This document shows positions 52,974-63,312 of a DNA stretch of 64,000 bases, piece after piece. This stretch comes from a virus. The stretch lies in IMG/VR virus record IMGVR_UViG_3300044608_002890, one strand, 5' to 3'. The notes beneath the pieces were generated by a model, which had not been told where the DNA came from, searched no databases, and saw only the letters and a list, made by a program, of their open reading frames with translations. The position numbers were made by a program, and so were the translations under genes. Within the stretch, counting starts at the first letter, position 1; each line of letters starts with the position of its first letter.

Positions 52974-53327
52974 CTATTTGTGAAATATTAACTCTATTCC
53001 AAGAACCAATGCAGGATTTCTAGATTTGTTATCAACTGTAGGCATTGCAATAATATTAATGTTTTTATCAATCTGATATCTCGCCAAAACCATCGGTGCA
53101 ATAGGAGAATCAATTGGTAACTTATATCCTGTAACACCTCCTAAAAATATTTCCAATTTATCTTGTTTAAATGTTTTACCAAAATAACTAGAAATTGATT
53201 TATCTGTATTGTAATAAAATCCACCTACTAAATCATTTTTGGATAAACTTAGATTTGGATGTATGCTATTATCCACATGTGCCACGCCTAAATGTAAGCT
53301 TAAAATAGTGCTGAATAAAAAATCCAT
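52974..53327 (-). CDS. Putative small outer-membrane beta-barrel-like protein
   Basis: Signal-like N-terminus, alternating beta strands (GGFYYNTDKSISSYFG, FLGGVTGY), aromatic C-terminus; AT-rich. Confidence 0.45.
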   Translation of the reverse strand: MDFLFSTILSLHLGVAHVDNSIHPNLSLSKNDLVGGFYYNTDKSISSYFGKTFKQDKLEIFLGGVTGYKLPIDSPIAPMVLARYQIDKNINIIAMPTVDNKSRNPALVLGIELIFHK

Positions 53328-53328
53328 G

Positions 53329-55830
53329 TTATTTCCTATACTGAGAATCTACCATTTCTTGATGCAACCTATCACTCGCTAATTGTCTCAAAGCTCTAAC
53401 ATTGTCTACGGTCTTCTGGTTACGATATATTTCTCGTGGTGCATAGAAATTTGCATCCGTCAATGCCACCATATAGGCATTGAAACCAACAGGAGTTCTA
53501 GCAATATTAGCAATAGAAACACCAGCGGCTGCATCGTTGTCCTGAACATTGCTTTTTACCTGTTGTGTGTTGGTGCTTTTTTGTTCCTGATCAGAAACGG
53601 CTTGTTTGCTGTCTATGATTTCATTGATGGGGTTGGTTCGATCTGTGGTAAAATTAGTTGCGGTTAATGGAATGTCGGCTGTGATTACGGGGACTATTAC
53701 GGTTGGCACGTTATTGTTTGATTGGCCTGTGATGACCTGTGCTTGTGGTTGTAAAACATTAATTTGTAGGGCGCCAATATTGACTTGTTGATCGTTTTGA
53801 ATTGTGTTTGTTTGAGTTTCGAATGGGCTTTGTTGTAGCGGTGGTTGATATGCAGCAACGGATGCTGTTGTAGTCTGAGATACTGCTGAACTTTGCAGAG
53901 GATTAAATTCTCTTAATATTTGAACGGGCGTTACAGCCATGGCATTGAATTGCACAACTGCGCTGGTGCTTGTACTAGCTGCTGTTGTAGATGCAGTCTG
54001 TTCGTTATCCATGCTTGTAGATTGAATATTGCGTTGCTGAATGGCCTGAGTCACTACGCTGACAGAACCCTGAGTGGGTCCTAAAGTTACAGAGGCATCT
54101 GATCTAGCAGCAGTCAAGTTATTTTCCGTGTGTGTTTCTGTTTGAATTTGTTGATTCTGACTTCTTGTAACCGCATCAAGAGCTAGACTTTCTGCTTGAC
54201 GCATGCTAGCTGTTGCAATAGAAGCAGCATTTTGAATTGCACCTTGACTGGCCTGATTGGCCGTGGCCGCTTCTCGCTGCTGGTTGTTTCTTATGAGGCT
54301 AAGTGCTGCATTGGTTGAGTCCTGTGAGTCTAAACGAAGACCCGGTCTTGACGCTCCCGAAGTTGGGCTCATGGCATCACCAACCAAAGCAGTTGATGTT
54401 GCAGCAGTAGAGGTTTTGGTGTTAGTAACTGGCAAAGTACTGTTAGGAGTTTCTGTGGTCACAGTGACCGTTGGATTGGTTGTCGTGGCATCTATTATGG
54501 TTGTAGTGACAGTGCTTGTAGGCGTTGTACTTATGCTGGCTACTGTTATCGCCAGCTGCGCATCCTGTAGAGCTTTTTGTTCGGCTGCCAATCTTTTGAT
54601 TTCTGCATTAAAGTTGCTGCAATTAGGACTATACAATGGTTGGCTGAAACATGGGTCAGGTGTCCAAATAGGTCTAGTCCAACCAACCCAACCAAAATGA
54701 TTCCAAACATCACTAGTCCACCACTGTATTGAACCCATGTCTAGACTGTTGATGTTTTCAGTGAACAAGTGTCTATTACTATAACTACCACCCGAATTGT
54801 TACCAGCAACATACCATTGATTTTGAAACAAGGTGGTATTGTTTTTATCGCTAATTCTAAAGTTAATATTGCCACCACCATTAGATCGCCAATCGGTACA
54901 CCAGAACATGAATGTATTATAACAGGCTCCATAGTTCCACCAATTGAAGCCATAATCATAGCCATGGAGGATAACACCTCCACCTATGTGAGGCAGAGAC
55001 TGTGCTATATTATAACTATAATAAAACGCAGGACTTTTAGATCCTTGTAGTATGTTTTGAAATCCCGGGCAGCTAGGATTGAATGCTGGATTGAGTATAC
55101 AAGGGTCAACACTATAGTTTAATCTCATATAAGCATCTTTTATCTGAGGACCATAGCAGTCTGGATTGCAGCCCCAAAATCCAGCATCCATACCTGTTAT
55201 ACTTAGTTTAGCTGAACCCAGTAAATTTATACCTCTAGGACTAGAGAAAGTATATGTTTCAGCTAATTGTTGCCATGTTGGATTATACGCTGGATTACCA
55301 TCATTTATATTTTTTAACCCTAATTGGTAAGTAGCTGTATAATCCACAGTATTATCAGACTTATATGCAGTAAATGTTGCATGTAGAGTATCTTGAGGAC
55401 CATTCAGATCACTACAGTCGTTGCCAGCTTCAACTAAATTTTTTACACCGCCTATTTGATTAGCACACTGAAATCTATACTTGAACCCATACATGATGCT
55501 AGTAGCAAATACAGCACTTGTATTTTGATAACCAAAGTTTATAGCATTTAAGTTTATATTTTGCTCTGTAGTACTAGATGTATAACTAAAAATATAACCA
55601 TCTGGTGTATAAGAACCAGTCATCCCTGAAGTAGTCCAACCAGTTCCTGATGTCATTGTAGGATTTTGTATAAGATTCCCGGTTGTGCTATCAATACTAT
55701 AGCCACTTGGTGTATTAGGTGAAGTCTGAGCATATACTGCACCTACTAGCAGGACCAAGGCCAAGAGTATGGCTATGCCAAAACCCTTGGTCCAACGATA
55801 CTCATAATGCTTATGGTTAAAGTCGTCCAT
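53329..55830 (-). CDS. Large secreted/membrane-anchored protein with Cys-containing beta domains and a Thr/Ala/Gln-rich stalk
   Basis: 833 aa; signal/TM at the N-terminus; CxxNPxxNPxCPG-type motifs; low-complexity C-terminal half. Confidence 0.7.
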   Translation of the reverse strand: MDDFNHKHYEYRWTKGFGIAILLALVLLVGAVYAQTSPNTPSGYSIDSTTGNLIQNPTMTSGTGWTTSGMTGSYTPDGYIFSYTSSTTEQNINLNAINFGYQNTSAVFATSIMYGFKYRFQCANQIGGVKNLVEAGNDCSDLNGPQDTLHATFTAYKSDNTVDYTATYQLGLKNINDGNPAYNPTWQQLAETYTFSSPRGINLLGSAKLSITGMDAGFWGCNPDCYGPQIKDAYMRLNYSVDPCILNPAFNPSCPGFQNILQGSKSPAFYYSYNIAQSLPHIGGGVILHGYDYGFNWWNYGACYNTFMFWCTDWRSNGGGNINFRISDKNNTTLFQNQWYVAGNNSGGSYSNRHLFTENINSLDMGSIQWWTSDVWNHFGWVGWTRPIWTPDPCFSQPLYSPNCSNFNAEIKRLAAEQKALQDAQLAITVASISTTPTSTVTTTIIDATTTNPTVTVTTETPNSTLPVTNTKTSTAATSTALVGDAMSPTSGASRPGLRLDSQDSTNAALSLIRNNQQREAATANQASQGAIQNAASIATASMRQAESLALDAVTRSQNQQIQTETHTENNLTAARSDASVTLGPTQGSVSVVTQAIQQRNIQSTSMDNEQTASTTAASTSTSAVVQFNAMAVTPVQILREFNPLQSSAVSQTTTASVAAYQPPLQQSPFETQTNTIQNDQQVNIGALQINVLQPQAQVITGQSNNNVPTVIVPVITADIPLTATNFTTDRTNPINEIIDSKQAVSDQEQKSTNTQQVKSNVQDNDAAAGVSIANIARTPVGFNAYMVALTDANFYAPREIYRNQKTVDNVRALRQLASDRLHQEMVDSQYRK

Positions 55831-57281
55831 TATCTAAAAGCGCTGGCTGAATATTTTACTGGATCCATCTTGGGAACTTCACTTTCGGTTTTATAATCGT
55901 ATTTGGGAATCTTATGTGGATTGGCTGCCCAAAGTTCGCGAGCACGTTCGCCAATTTGACCTTCATAGGGGCAAGGTGTACCAGCTGCCATCATGGCTTC
56001 AAACACTCTGCGATCCTGGCACATGGTGGCAACAGCAGCAACCTTCATGCCCATGTCATATAGGGTTTTGCTCAACTTTAACCGTTCGCAGTTTAAATCA
56101 CGACCAGTACCACCCAAGGCCATGCCAAACATTTGTGTTTGTATGGCACCAGATTGACCTGTAGTACACAGATCCTGGCCGCCACCGCTCATCATGGCTG
56201 GCGCTATGGCCGTAGGTGGAGGCTGAATGACTCTTTGAGTAATTGTAGTTTCATTGATATTTCTATTGGTCATGTCACCGGTCTGAATGTTCTGATTAAC
56301 AGCGGTGCTGGAGTTGATGTTGGTATTTTGATTGTTGGATGCTGATATAGATGTTGAATTGTTGATGTTGCGATTGGTCATGTCACCGGTCTGAATGTTG
56401 TTATTTGTATTGGTTGTATTTGCAGTTGTCTGATTGATGTTACGGTTGGTCATGTCCCCGGTCTGAATGTTGTTATTTGTATTGACAGCCGTACTATTGC
56501 TTTGGTTTACATTGTTGTTATTGTAGTTCATGGTACCAGTATTGATGTTCTCATTTTTATTCAGACTAGTACTGGTATTGATGTTGTTGTTAGTACTGGT
56601 GCTGGTACTGGTATTGATGTTGCGGTTGGTCATGTCACCAGTCTGAATGTTGTTGTTGGTGTTTACACTGGTGCTGGTGTTGACGTTATTGTTGTTGTAG
56701 GTAACCGAACCACTCATGATGTTGCGATTGGTATTGTCGCTTGTACTGGTATTTTGATTGATGTTGGTTATGCTGCCACTTTGAATGTTTTGGTTAACAT
56801 TGGTGTTGGTATTGTTGCTGGTACTTGTGCTGGCATTGACATTGTTGTTGTTAAATGTCTGAGTACCGGAATTTATGTTGTTGTTGGTATATGTAACCGA
56901 ACCACTCATGTTGTTGTTATTGTTGTTGGTTACTGTACCGCTCTGAACATTGTTGTTGGTGTTGACATTGGTACTAGTGCTGGTACTAGTATTCACATTG
57001 TTATTGTTGTTGGTGCTGGTACTGTTCACCGTTGAGAGATTGGTGTTGGTACTAGTGCTGGTACTGACATTGTTGGTAGTAACCGAGCTGGTGCTGTTGC
57101 TTGTGGAATTAGTATCAACCAGACTTTTGGAATCGTAGGTTCCTTGGTTGATGAGTGTGGTGTTGTTGGTAGTTGTGCCGTTGGTTGTACTTGTGGTACT
57201 AGAATTGGTCGTTTGCGCGTTGGCACCCAAGGTTGTGAACATAACAAGACATGCGCAGATTGCAGCGATAACTGCACGCAT
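55830..57281 (-). CDS. Secreted Asn/Thr-rich repeat protein with a Cys-containing C-terminal domain
   Basis: Signal peptide; four copies of IQTGDMTNRNIN plus degenerate repeats; C-terminal QDLCT...NCERLKLSKTLYDMGMKVAAV..MCQD. Confidence 0.8.
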   Translation of the reverse strand: MRAVIAAICACLVMFTTLGANAQTTNSSTTSTTNGTTTNNTTLINQGTYDSKSLVDTNSTSNSTSSVTTNNVSTSTSTNTNLSTVNSTSTNNNNNVNTSTSTSTNVNTNNNVQSGTVTNNNNNNMSGSVTYTNNNINSGTQTFNNNNVNASTSTSNNTNTNVNQNIQSGSITNINQNTSTSDNTNRNIMSGSVTYNNNNVNTSTSVNTNNNIQTGDMTNRNINTSTSTSTNNNINTSTSLNKNENINTGTMNYNNNNVNQSNSTAVNTNNNIQTGDMTNRNINQTTANTTNTNNNIQTGDMTNRNINNSTSISASNNQNTNINSSTAVNQNIQTGDMTNRNINETTITQRVIQPPPTAIAPAMMSGGGQDLCTTGQSGAIQTQMFGMALGGTGRDLNCERLKLSKTLYDMGMKVAAVATMCQDRRVFEAMMAAGTPCPYEGQIGERARELWAANPHKIPKYDYKTESEVPKMDPVKYSASAFR

Positions 57282-57356
57282 TCTGTTTTCCTTTTTGATG
57301 GTGATTTTCAGGGCCCATAACCATAAATACTCTTAGATTAGATGAAAAATAAGCTA

Positions 57357-57385
57357 TTGACAAATCCACCATGGTTATTTATAAT
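57357..57385 (+). promoter_or_regulatory. Sigma70-like promoter for DNA polymerase
   Basis: TTGACA-17 bp-TATAAT (perfect consensus). Confidence 0.85.
57376..57383 (-). promoter_or_regulatory. Minus-strand T4-type late promoter overlapping the pol -10 box
   Basis: TATTTATA on + equals TATAAATA on -, about 95 nt upstream of the minus-strand block. Confidence 0.6.
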
Positions 57386-57408
57386 GTAGGGATTCAGGAG
57401 AACCCTTT

Positions 57409-59901
57409 ATGCGATTTTACACAAGCGTCGTCCAGTACGGCAACCGGTTGTTGGTTCGTGGCGTAAACAAAGGACGAAGCGTTCAAGAACGGCTAGAATT
57501 CAAGCCCACTCTCTGGTTACCCAGCAAGAACAAACAAAGCAAACATCGAAGTCTCATGGGAGTACCCCTAGAGAGCATACGATTCGACAGCATCAACGAA
57601 GCCAAAGACTACATGAAACGCTATGGCGATGTGGATAATTTTGCCATCTATGGCAATACCAACTTTGCCTATCAGTACATCACCGAACTGTTTCCTGGTG
57701 AAATTGACTTTGATATTCGAGAAATTCGCACCCTGAGCCTGGACATCGAGACTACGGCTGAGTATGGTTTTCCAGATGTTCGCAACCCCGCAGAAAGCAT
57801 TCTGTTGATTACGGTGCAGGACTATGCCACCAAGCAGATTGTGACCTTTGGCTCCAGACATGCCGAACCCATTAAAAGCAATCATAGCTACATCCTTTGC
57901 AAGGATGAATATGATCTCCTGAAACGATTCTTAGACTATTGGTCTGCCAACTATCCGCACATCATTACAGGCTGGAACATTGAGTTCTTTGACATGCCCT
58001 ACTTGTTGAATCGCATCAAGCGAGTGTTGGGTGAAGATGCAGCCAAGCAGTTGAGCCCCTGGGGCATAGCCAATGAGCGTGAAGTAGAAAAGTATGGCAA
58101 GAGTCAGCTAGCCGTAGACATCCTGGGCATTACAGCTCTGGACTACATAGACCTCTATAGAAAATTTACTTATACTGCACAGGAAAGCTATAAACTAGAC
58201 TACATTGCCAAGGTAGAGTTAGGCAAAGAAAAACTAAGCTATGATGAATACGACAGCTTCCGAGACTTTTATAAAAATGACTGGCAGAAATTCGTAGAGT
58301 ACAACGTGGTAGATACCGAGCTTGTAGATCAGCTCGAAGAAAAAATGAAGCTCATTGAGCTCATCCTAACCATGGCCTATGATGCCAAGTGTAACTTTAC
58401 CGACATTTTCAGTGCAGTTCGAACCTGGGATTGCATTTTATACAATCATCTCTGGAACAAGAACATCATTGTACATCAGCGTGACACCAGCAAACGTGCT
58501 CGCCAGATCATTGGAGCCTATGTCAAGGAACCACGTCCTGGCAAGTATGATTGGGTGGTGAGTTTTGATGCCACCAGTCTGTATCCCAGCATCATCATGC
58601 AGTACAATCTAAGTCCCGAAACCATGGTGCCAGGCTTCTTGCAGACCACCATAGAAGAACTACTGGATCAGAAGCACAATCTGCATAGCCTAAAAGAAGA
58701 TGGATTGTGTTTAACGGCCAATGGTTATAACTTTAAAACTGATACTCAGGGCGTGTTTCCAGAGATAGTTCAAAAGTTGTTCGATGATCGACAGAAATAC
58801 AAGAAGCAGATGATTGAAGCTCAAAAGCAGTATGAGCTGACCAAGCAGCCGTTCCATCAGAATCAGATTGCCAAATTTAATAACTTTCAGATGGCTCGAA
58901 AGATTCAGCTCAATAGTTTGTTTGGTGCCTGGGGCAATGAGTTCTTCAGATACTATGACGATCGCATCGCCGAAGGCATCACACTGACCGGACAATACAT
59001 CATTCAGACTGTTGGCCTGGAGTTGAATCGTTGGCTGAACCAGATCTGTGGTACCACCAATGTAGATTATAGTTTTTATTCGGACACTGATTCATGCTAT
59101 GTTACTCTGGATCCTTTGGTGCAAAAATTCTATAAGGATCTACCCAAGGACAAGATTGTCGAAATACTAGACAAGATTTGTGCGGAAAAGATTGAATCTG
59201 TACTAAACAAGGCCTGCGACAAGCTAGCCGACTATACCAATGCCTTTGACAAGAAGATAAAGTTTAAGCGTGAAGCCATTGCTGATAGAGGCATTTGGGT
59301 TGCCAAGAAAAGGTATGCCTTAAATGTTTATAATAACGAAGGTGTTAGCTATGCTGAGCCTAAACTTAAAGTCATGGGCCTGGAGATTGTTCGTTCAAGC
59401 ACTCCTGAATATGCTCGTAAGGCTCTTAAGAAAGCAGTTGGTCTTGCGCTTACAAAGAATGAAGCAACGCTTCAGAAATTTATTCAGGAAACCGAAAGCG
59501 AATACCGACAGCTCAGACCCGAAGCCATAGCCTTTCCGCGTGGTGTGAATGGATTAACTGAATATGGTGATGCAGCCAAGATCTATCGCAAGGGAACGCC
59601 CATGCATGTTCGTGCCAGTCTGTTGTACAATCATCAGCTCAAGGTTCGAAGTCTGGAAAAGAAATATGAACGCATTCGCGAAGGTGACAAGATCAAGTTC
59701 ATCTATCTAAAAGTTCCCAATAACATTGGTGAAAATTGCATTGCCTTCATAGGCAGCATACCCGCAGAGTTCGATCTGCAGAAGTTCATTGATTATGATA
59801 CCATGTTCCAGAAGTCCTTTCTGGAACCATTAAATACTATTCTAGAAGGCATGGGTTGGTCAGCCAAACCACAGGCCACTCTAGAGAGTCTTTTTGCCTA
59901 A
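57409..59901 (+). CDS. gp43: Family B DNA polymerase (T4 gp43)
   Basis: Exo DIETT, TGWNIEFFD, YNVVD; pol SFDATSLYPS, KIQLNSLFG, YSDTDS, AKKRY, MGLEIVRSSTP. Confidence 0.98.
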   Translation: MRFYTSVVQYGNRLLVRGVNKGRSVQERLEFKPTLWLPSKNKQSKHRSLMGVPLESIRFDSINEAKDYMKRYGDVDNFAIYGNTNFAYQYITELFPGEIDFDIREIRTLSLDIETTAEYGFPDVRNPAESILLITVQDYATKQIVTFGSRHAEPIKSNHSYILCKDEYDLLKRFLDYWSANYPHIITGWNIEFFDMPYLLNRIKRVLGEDAAKQLSPWGIANEREVEKYGKSQLAVDILGITALDYIDLYRKFTYTAQESYKLDYIAKVELGKEKLSYDEYDSFRDFYKNDWQKFVEYNVVDTELVDQLEEKMKLIELILTMAYDAKCNFTDIFSAVRTWDCILYNHLWNKNIIVHQRDTSKRARQIIGAYVKEPRPGKYDWVVSFDATSLYPSIIMQYNLSPETMVPGFLQTTIEELLDQKHNLHSLKEDGLCLTANGYNFKTDTQGVFPEIVQKLFDDRQKYKKQMIEAQKQYELTKQPFHQNQIAKFNNFQMARKIQLNSLFGAWGNEFFRYYDDRIAEGITLTGQYIIQTVGLELNRWLNQICGTTNVDYSFYSDTDSCYVTLDPLVQKFYKDLPKDKIVEILDKICAEKIESVLNKACDKLADYTNAFDKKIKFKREAIADRGIWVAKKRYALNVYNNEGVSYAEPKLKVMGLEIVRSSTPEYARKALKKAVGLALTKNEATLQKFIQETESEYRQLRPEAIAFPRGVNGLTEYGDAAKIYRKGTPMHVRASLLYNHQLKVRSLEKKYERIREGDKIKFIYLKVPNNIGENCIAFIGSIPAEFDLQKFIDYDTMFQKSFLEPLNTILEGMGWSAKPQATLESLFA

Positions 59902-59958
59902 TGGTCATCGATTTTCATACATCAACATACTACAATACTAAAAATACAGGAGATATAC

Positions 59959-61020
59959 ATGTCACTCATAGATAGACTCAAAAAGAATTCAACCATCAAA
60001 GACACCGAAATACTTAACCGAAGCAAGTTCTTCAATGCCAAGGACATGATTCAGACTTCGGTTCCCATGATCAACGTTGCTCTGAGCGGCAGACTAGACG
60101 GCGGCCTTACACCAGGGCTCACTGTATTTGCCGGTCCTAGCAAACACTTTAAGACAGCCTTTGCGCTCTTGTTGGCCAAGAGCTACATGGAGAAGTACAA
60201 TGACGCCGTTGTTTTATTTTACGATAGCGAGTTTGGTAGTCCTCAATCTTATTTTGACAGCTTTGGTATTGATACCGGCCGAGTCGTCCATACTCCGATT
60301 ACGGATATTGAACAGCTCAAACACGATAGCATGGCGCAGCTTAATAGCATTGAACGTGGTGATCATATCATTATTATTGTTGACTCAGTTGGCAACCTAG
60401 CCAGCAAGAAAGAAGTCGAAGATGCACTCGAAGGCAAAAGCGTAGCCGACATGAGTCGAGCCAAGCAGCTCAAGAGTTTGTTCCGCATGGTAACGCCGCA
60501 TCTGACCATCAAAGACATTCCCATGATTGTGGTCAATCATACCTATAAAGAAATGGGACTGTTTCCCAAGGATGTCGTAAGTGGTGGTACTGGTGTTTAC
60601 TATAGCGCCGACAACATCTACATCATCGGTCGCCAGCAAGAAAAAGAAGGTCAGGAGCTCATTGGATATAACTTCATCATCAATGTGGAAAAGAGTCGTC
60701 ATGTTCGTGAAAAGAGCAAGATTCCCATTGAGGTAAGCTTCGAAGGTGGCATCAGTCAATGGTCCGGTCTCTTGGACATTGCCATGGAAGGTGGTTTTGT
60801 GGTCAAACCCAGCAATGGCTGGTATGCACACAAGGGCTCAGAAACCAAGTATCGACAAAAAGATACCTATAGCAAGGACTTTTGGATGCCCATCATAACC
60901 AACAAAGAGTTCAGAGATTACATCAAGGATCAATATCAGGTCAGCAATACCAGTTTGGTGCAGACCGATCTCAGCACACAAGAATTAGATGAGGAGTTTG
61001 AAAATGCTGGTCAAGTATAG
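59959..61020 (+). CDS. uvsX: RecA-like recombinase UvsX
   Basis: AGPSKHFKT, YDSEFG, VDSVGNLAS, NHTY, VVSGGTG..YSADNI. Confidence 0.97.
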   Translation: MSLIDRLKKNSTIKDTEILNRSKFFNAKDMIQTSVPMINVALSGRLDGGLTPGLTVFAGPSKHFKTAFALLLAKSYMEKYNDAVVLFYDSEFGSPQSYFDSFGIDTGRVVHTPITDIEQLKHDSMAQLNSIERGDHIIIIVDSVGNLASKKEVEDALEGKSVADMSRAKQLKSLFRMVTPHLTIKDIPMIVVNHTYKEMGLFPKDVVSGGTGVYYSADNIYIIGRQQEKEGQELIGYNFIINVEKSRHVREKSKIPIEVSFEGGISQWSGLLDIAMEGGFVVKPSNGWYAHKGSETKYRQKDTYSKDFWMPIITNKEFRDYIKDQYQVSNTSLVQTDLSTQELDEEFENAGQV

Positions 61021-61294
61021 TCCCTGGAGACATGGTGAAGAAGTTTGGGGAGTAAAAATCGAAGAGGGGCAATTCAATGAAACTGTAATCAGCATCAACA
61101 GCATTGATCTTTCCGATGAAAGCAACGACGTTGCCATAGATTTTAATTTCTTAAGTACTACACCGGGCACAGATCCCGAGCGCAACGACAAAGATGCTTT
61201 TGATGGCATCTTGGCACCCATCATCGAAGATATCATTCACAAAGCCGTACAACACTATCAAGAGCATGAAGCTAGAAACACTGATACTCAGTAG
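61004..61294 (+). CDS. Small protein at the T4 gp40 position
   Basis: Between uvsX and gp41; GAGGAG SD; homology to gp40 not demonstrable by eye. Confidence 0.55.
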   Translation: MLVKYSPWRHGEEVWGVKIEEGQFNETVISINSIDLSDESNDVAIDFNFLSTTPGTDPERNDKDAFDGILAPIIEDIIHKAVQHYQEHEARNTDTQ

Positions 61295-62660
61295 TTTGAT
61301 TCACAACGTCGATTATGCCCGCAGCATTTTGCCGTTTGTTCGTTCCGAATATTTCAATGACGAAGCCGAACGACATGTGTTCAACATAATCGACGAATTC
61401 TACAAGACCTACAACAAGGCTCCCAACATCGATGTACTGACCATTGAACTTCAGAACGATCGAAGTCTCAAGGAGAATGAATACAAGACACGAGCAGAAA
61501 TTGTCATCAATCTCGAACCCAGCACAGCTGAAATGGACTGGCTCATGGCCGAGACCGAAAAGTTCTGCAAGGATCGAGCCGTGTACAATGCCATACTAAA
61601 GAGCATCGGCATCATTGATGGCAAGGATCGTGAACACAATCAGGATGCCATACCCAGCCTATTGCAAGAAGCTCTAAGCGTTGGATTCGACAATCGTGTA
61701 GGGCATGACTATCTGGAAGATGCAGCCATTCGCTATGACTTCTATCACAAGGTAGAAAATCGCATTCCATTTGATTTGGATCTGTTCAATAAAATTACCA
61801 ATGGTGGCATGCCCAACAAGACTCTCAATGTAGCCTTGGCAGGGACGGGTGTTGGTAAAAGTTTGTTCATGTGTCACGTCGCAGCCAGCACCCTTACACA
61901 GGGCAAGAATGTCCTGTACATTACCATGGAGATGGCCGAAGAGCGCATCGCAGAACGCATTGATGCCAATTTGATGAATATCACCATGGACCAGCTCAAG
62001 GATCTGCCCAGGCCCATCTTTGACAATCGTGTTGCCAAGATCACAGAAAAGACACAGGGCCGACTCATCATCAAAGAGTATCCAACTGCAGGTGCACATA
62101 CCGGTCACTTCAAGAGTCTGCTCAAAGAACTACAGCTCAAGCGCAACTTTAGACCTGACTTAATTGTCATAGACTACCTAAATATCTGTGCGAGCTCGAG
62201 GTTCAAGGCCGGAGCCAACATCAACAGTTATACCCTGATCAAGAGCATTGCCGAAGAGCTGCGTGGCATGGCCGTAGAACACGACGTACCCATACTAAGC
62301 GCTACTCAGACAACACGCAGTGGCTATGGCAATACCGAAGTTGAACTCACAGACACCAGCGAGAGTTTTGGTCTGCCAGCCACAGTAGACTTCATGTTTG
62401 CCCTGATCAGCACCGAAGATCTCGAAGCCCTGAACCAGATATTGGTCAAGCAGTTGAAAAATAGATACAATGATCCCACCATCAACAAGAAGTTTGTTGT
62501 TGGCATAGACCGAGCCAAGATGCGACTCTATGATCTAGAAAACAATGCCCAGCAAAGCATTAGCAATTCAGGCATAAAACTAGACCCCGAGCAAATTGAC
62601 AGCCTAACCATGAAGAAAACGTTTAATAAGCTTCGTGACTTCAGTTCCATAAAAATCTAG
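61266..62660 (+). CDS. gp41: Replicative helicase (T4 gp41, DnaB-like)
   Basis: LAGTGVGKSLFMCH, TMEMAEERIAERIDAN, IKEYPT, IDYLNI, SATQTTRSG, SESFGLPATVD, KQLKNRY. Confidence 0.97.
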   Translation: MKLETLILSSLIHNVDYARSILPFVRSEYFNDEAERHVFNIIDEFYKTYNKAPNIDVLTIELQNDRSLKENEYKTRAEIVINLEPSTAEMDWLMAETEKFCKDRAVYNAILKSIGIIDGKDREHNQDAIPSLLQEALSVGFDNRVGHDYLEDAAIRYDFYHKVENRIPFDLDLFNKITNGGMPNKTLNVALAGTGVGKSLFMCHVAASTLTQGKNVLYITMEMAEERIAERIDANLMNITMDQLKDLPRPIFDNRVAKITEKTQGRLIIKEYPTAGAHTGHFKSLLKELQLKRNFRPDLIVIDYLNICASSRFKAGANINSYTLIKSIAEELRGMAVEHDVPILSATQTTRSGYGNTEVELTDTSESFGLPATVDFMFALISTEDLEALNQILVKQLKNRYNDPTINKKFVVGIDRAKMRLYDLENNAQQSISNSGIKLDPEQIDSLTMKKTFNKLRDFSSIKI

Positions 62661-62668
62661 GAGTAATC

Positions 62669-62827
62669 ATGTTATTCGATCCCAAGACACGTCAGGCTCA
62701 GGTAGATCAGGCCCTAAGCGAAGCCAAAAAAGTTTTGGCTGAATACGAACATCATGATGCCAACGTTCGCCCCCAGGTGAATCTCATTCAAGAATACGGC
62801 CAAGAACCCGAAAAGTTTACGGACTAA
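62669..62827 (+). CDS. 52-aa hypothetical protein (not in the ORF track)
   Basis: AGGAG SD; TAATG overlap with the next ORF. Confidence 0.55.
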   Translation: MLFDPKTRQAQVDQALSEAKKVLAEYEHHDANVRPQVNLIQEYGQEPEKFTD

Positions 62828-63312
62828 TGAAGGTTTATGTTAGGAATGCACGTGATCGAAAGTTCACGTCCATTCTAAAACTTGCCTGCGATACCTATGC
62901 CCGGCGTTTGTTCAAACGCCAGATGTTGCCCAATCTGGTTTTTCATATTCACATACATGAAAAGTTGGGCTACAATGGTCTGTGTGGATCGCTTGATCTC
63001 TACAAACCTCGTGAATTTGAAATAGACCTGGCCAGACAACGCAACAAGCTCAACATCATGGCCACTCTAGCTCATGAAATGGTGCATGCCAAGCAGTTTG
63101 CCTATGGTGAAATGCGAGACAGATACATCAAACGTCGCATGGTCACTCTCTGGAAAGGCGAGGATTACAGTCATCTCAAATACTGGGACCAGCCCTGGGA
63201 AATCGAAGCCTATGGCCTAGAACCCGGGCTCCTGGCTCATTTTTTAAACCAGCATAAACTTTATGCCTACTTCAAGACTCCAGCCTGGCTCTGGAGCGAG
63301 GATCACCAATGA
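62827..63312 (+). CDS. Zn metallopeptidase-like protein (HExxH)
   Basis: TLAHEMVHAKQ and PWEIEA. Confidence 0.8.
   Translation: MKVYVRNARDRKFTSILKLACDTYARRLFKRQMLPNLVFHIHIHEKLGYNGLCGSLDLYKPREFEIDLARQRNKLNIMATLAHEMVHAKQFAYGEMRDRYIKRRMVTLWKGEDYSHLKYWDQPWEIEAYGLEPGLLAHFLNQHKLYAYFKTPAWLWSEDHQ

Noticed and set aside
61004-61294. Naming this ORF gp40
   Set aside because: Only synteny supports it; no recognisable sequence motif
57409-62660. Introns or inteins in gp43, uvsX or gp41
   Set aside because: ORFs are continuous, of normal length, with no intein or homing-endonuclease motifs
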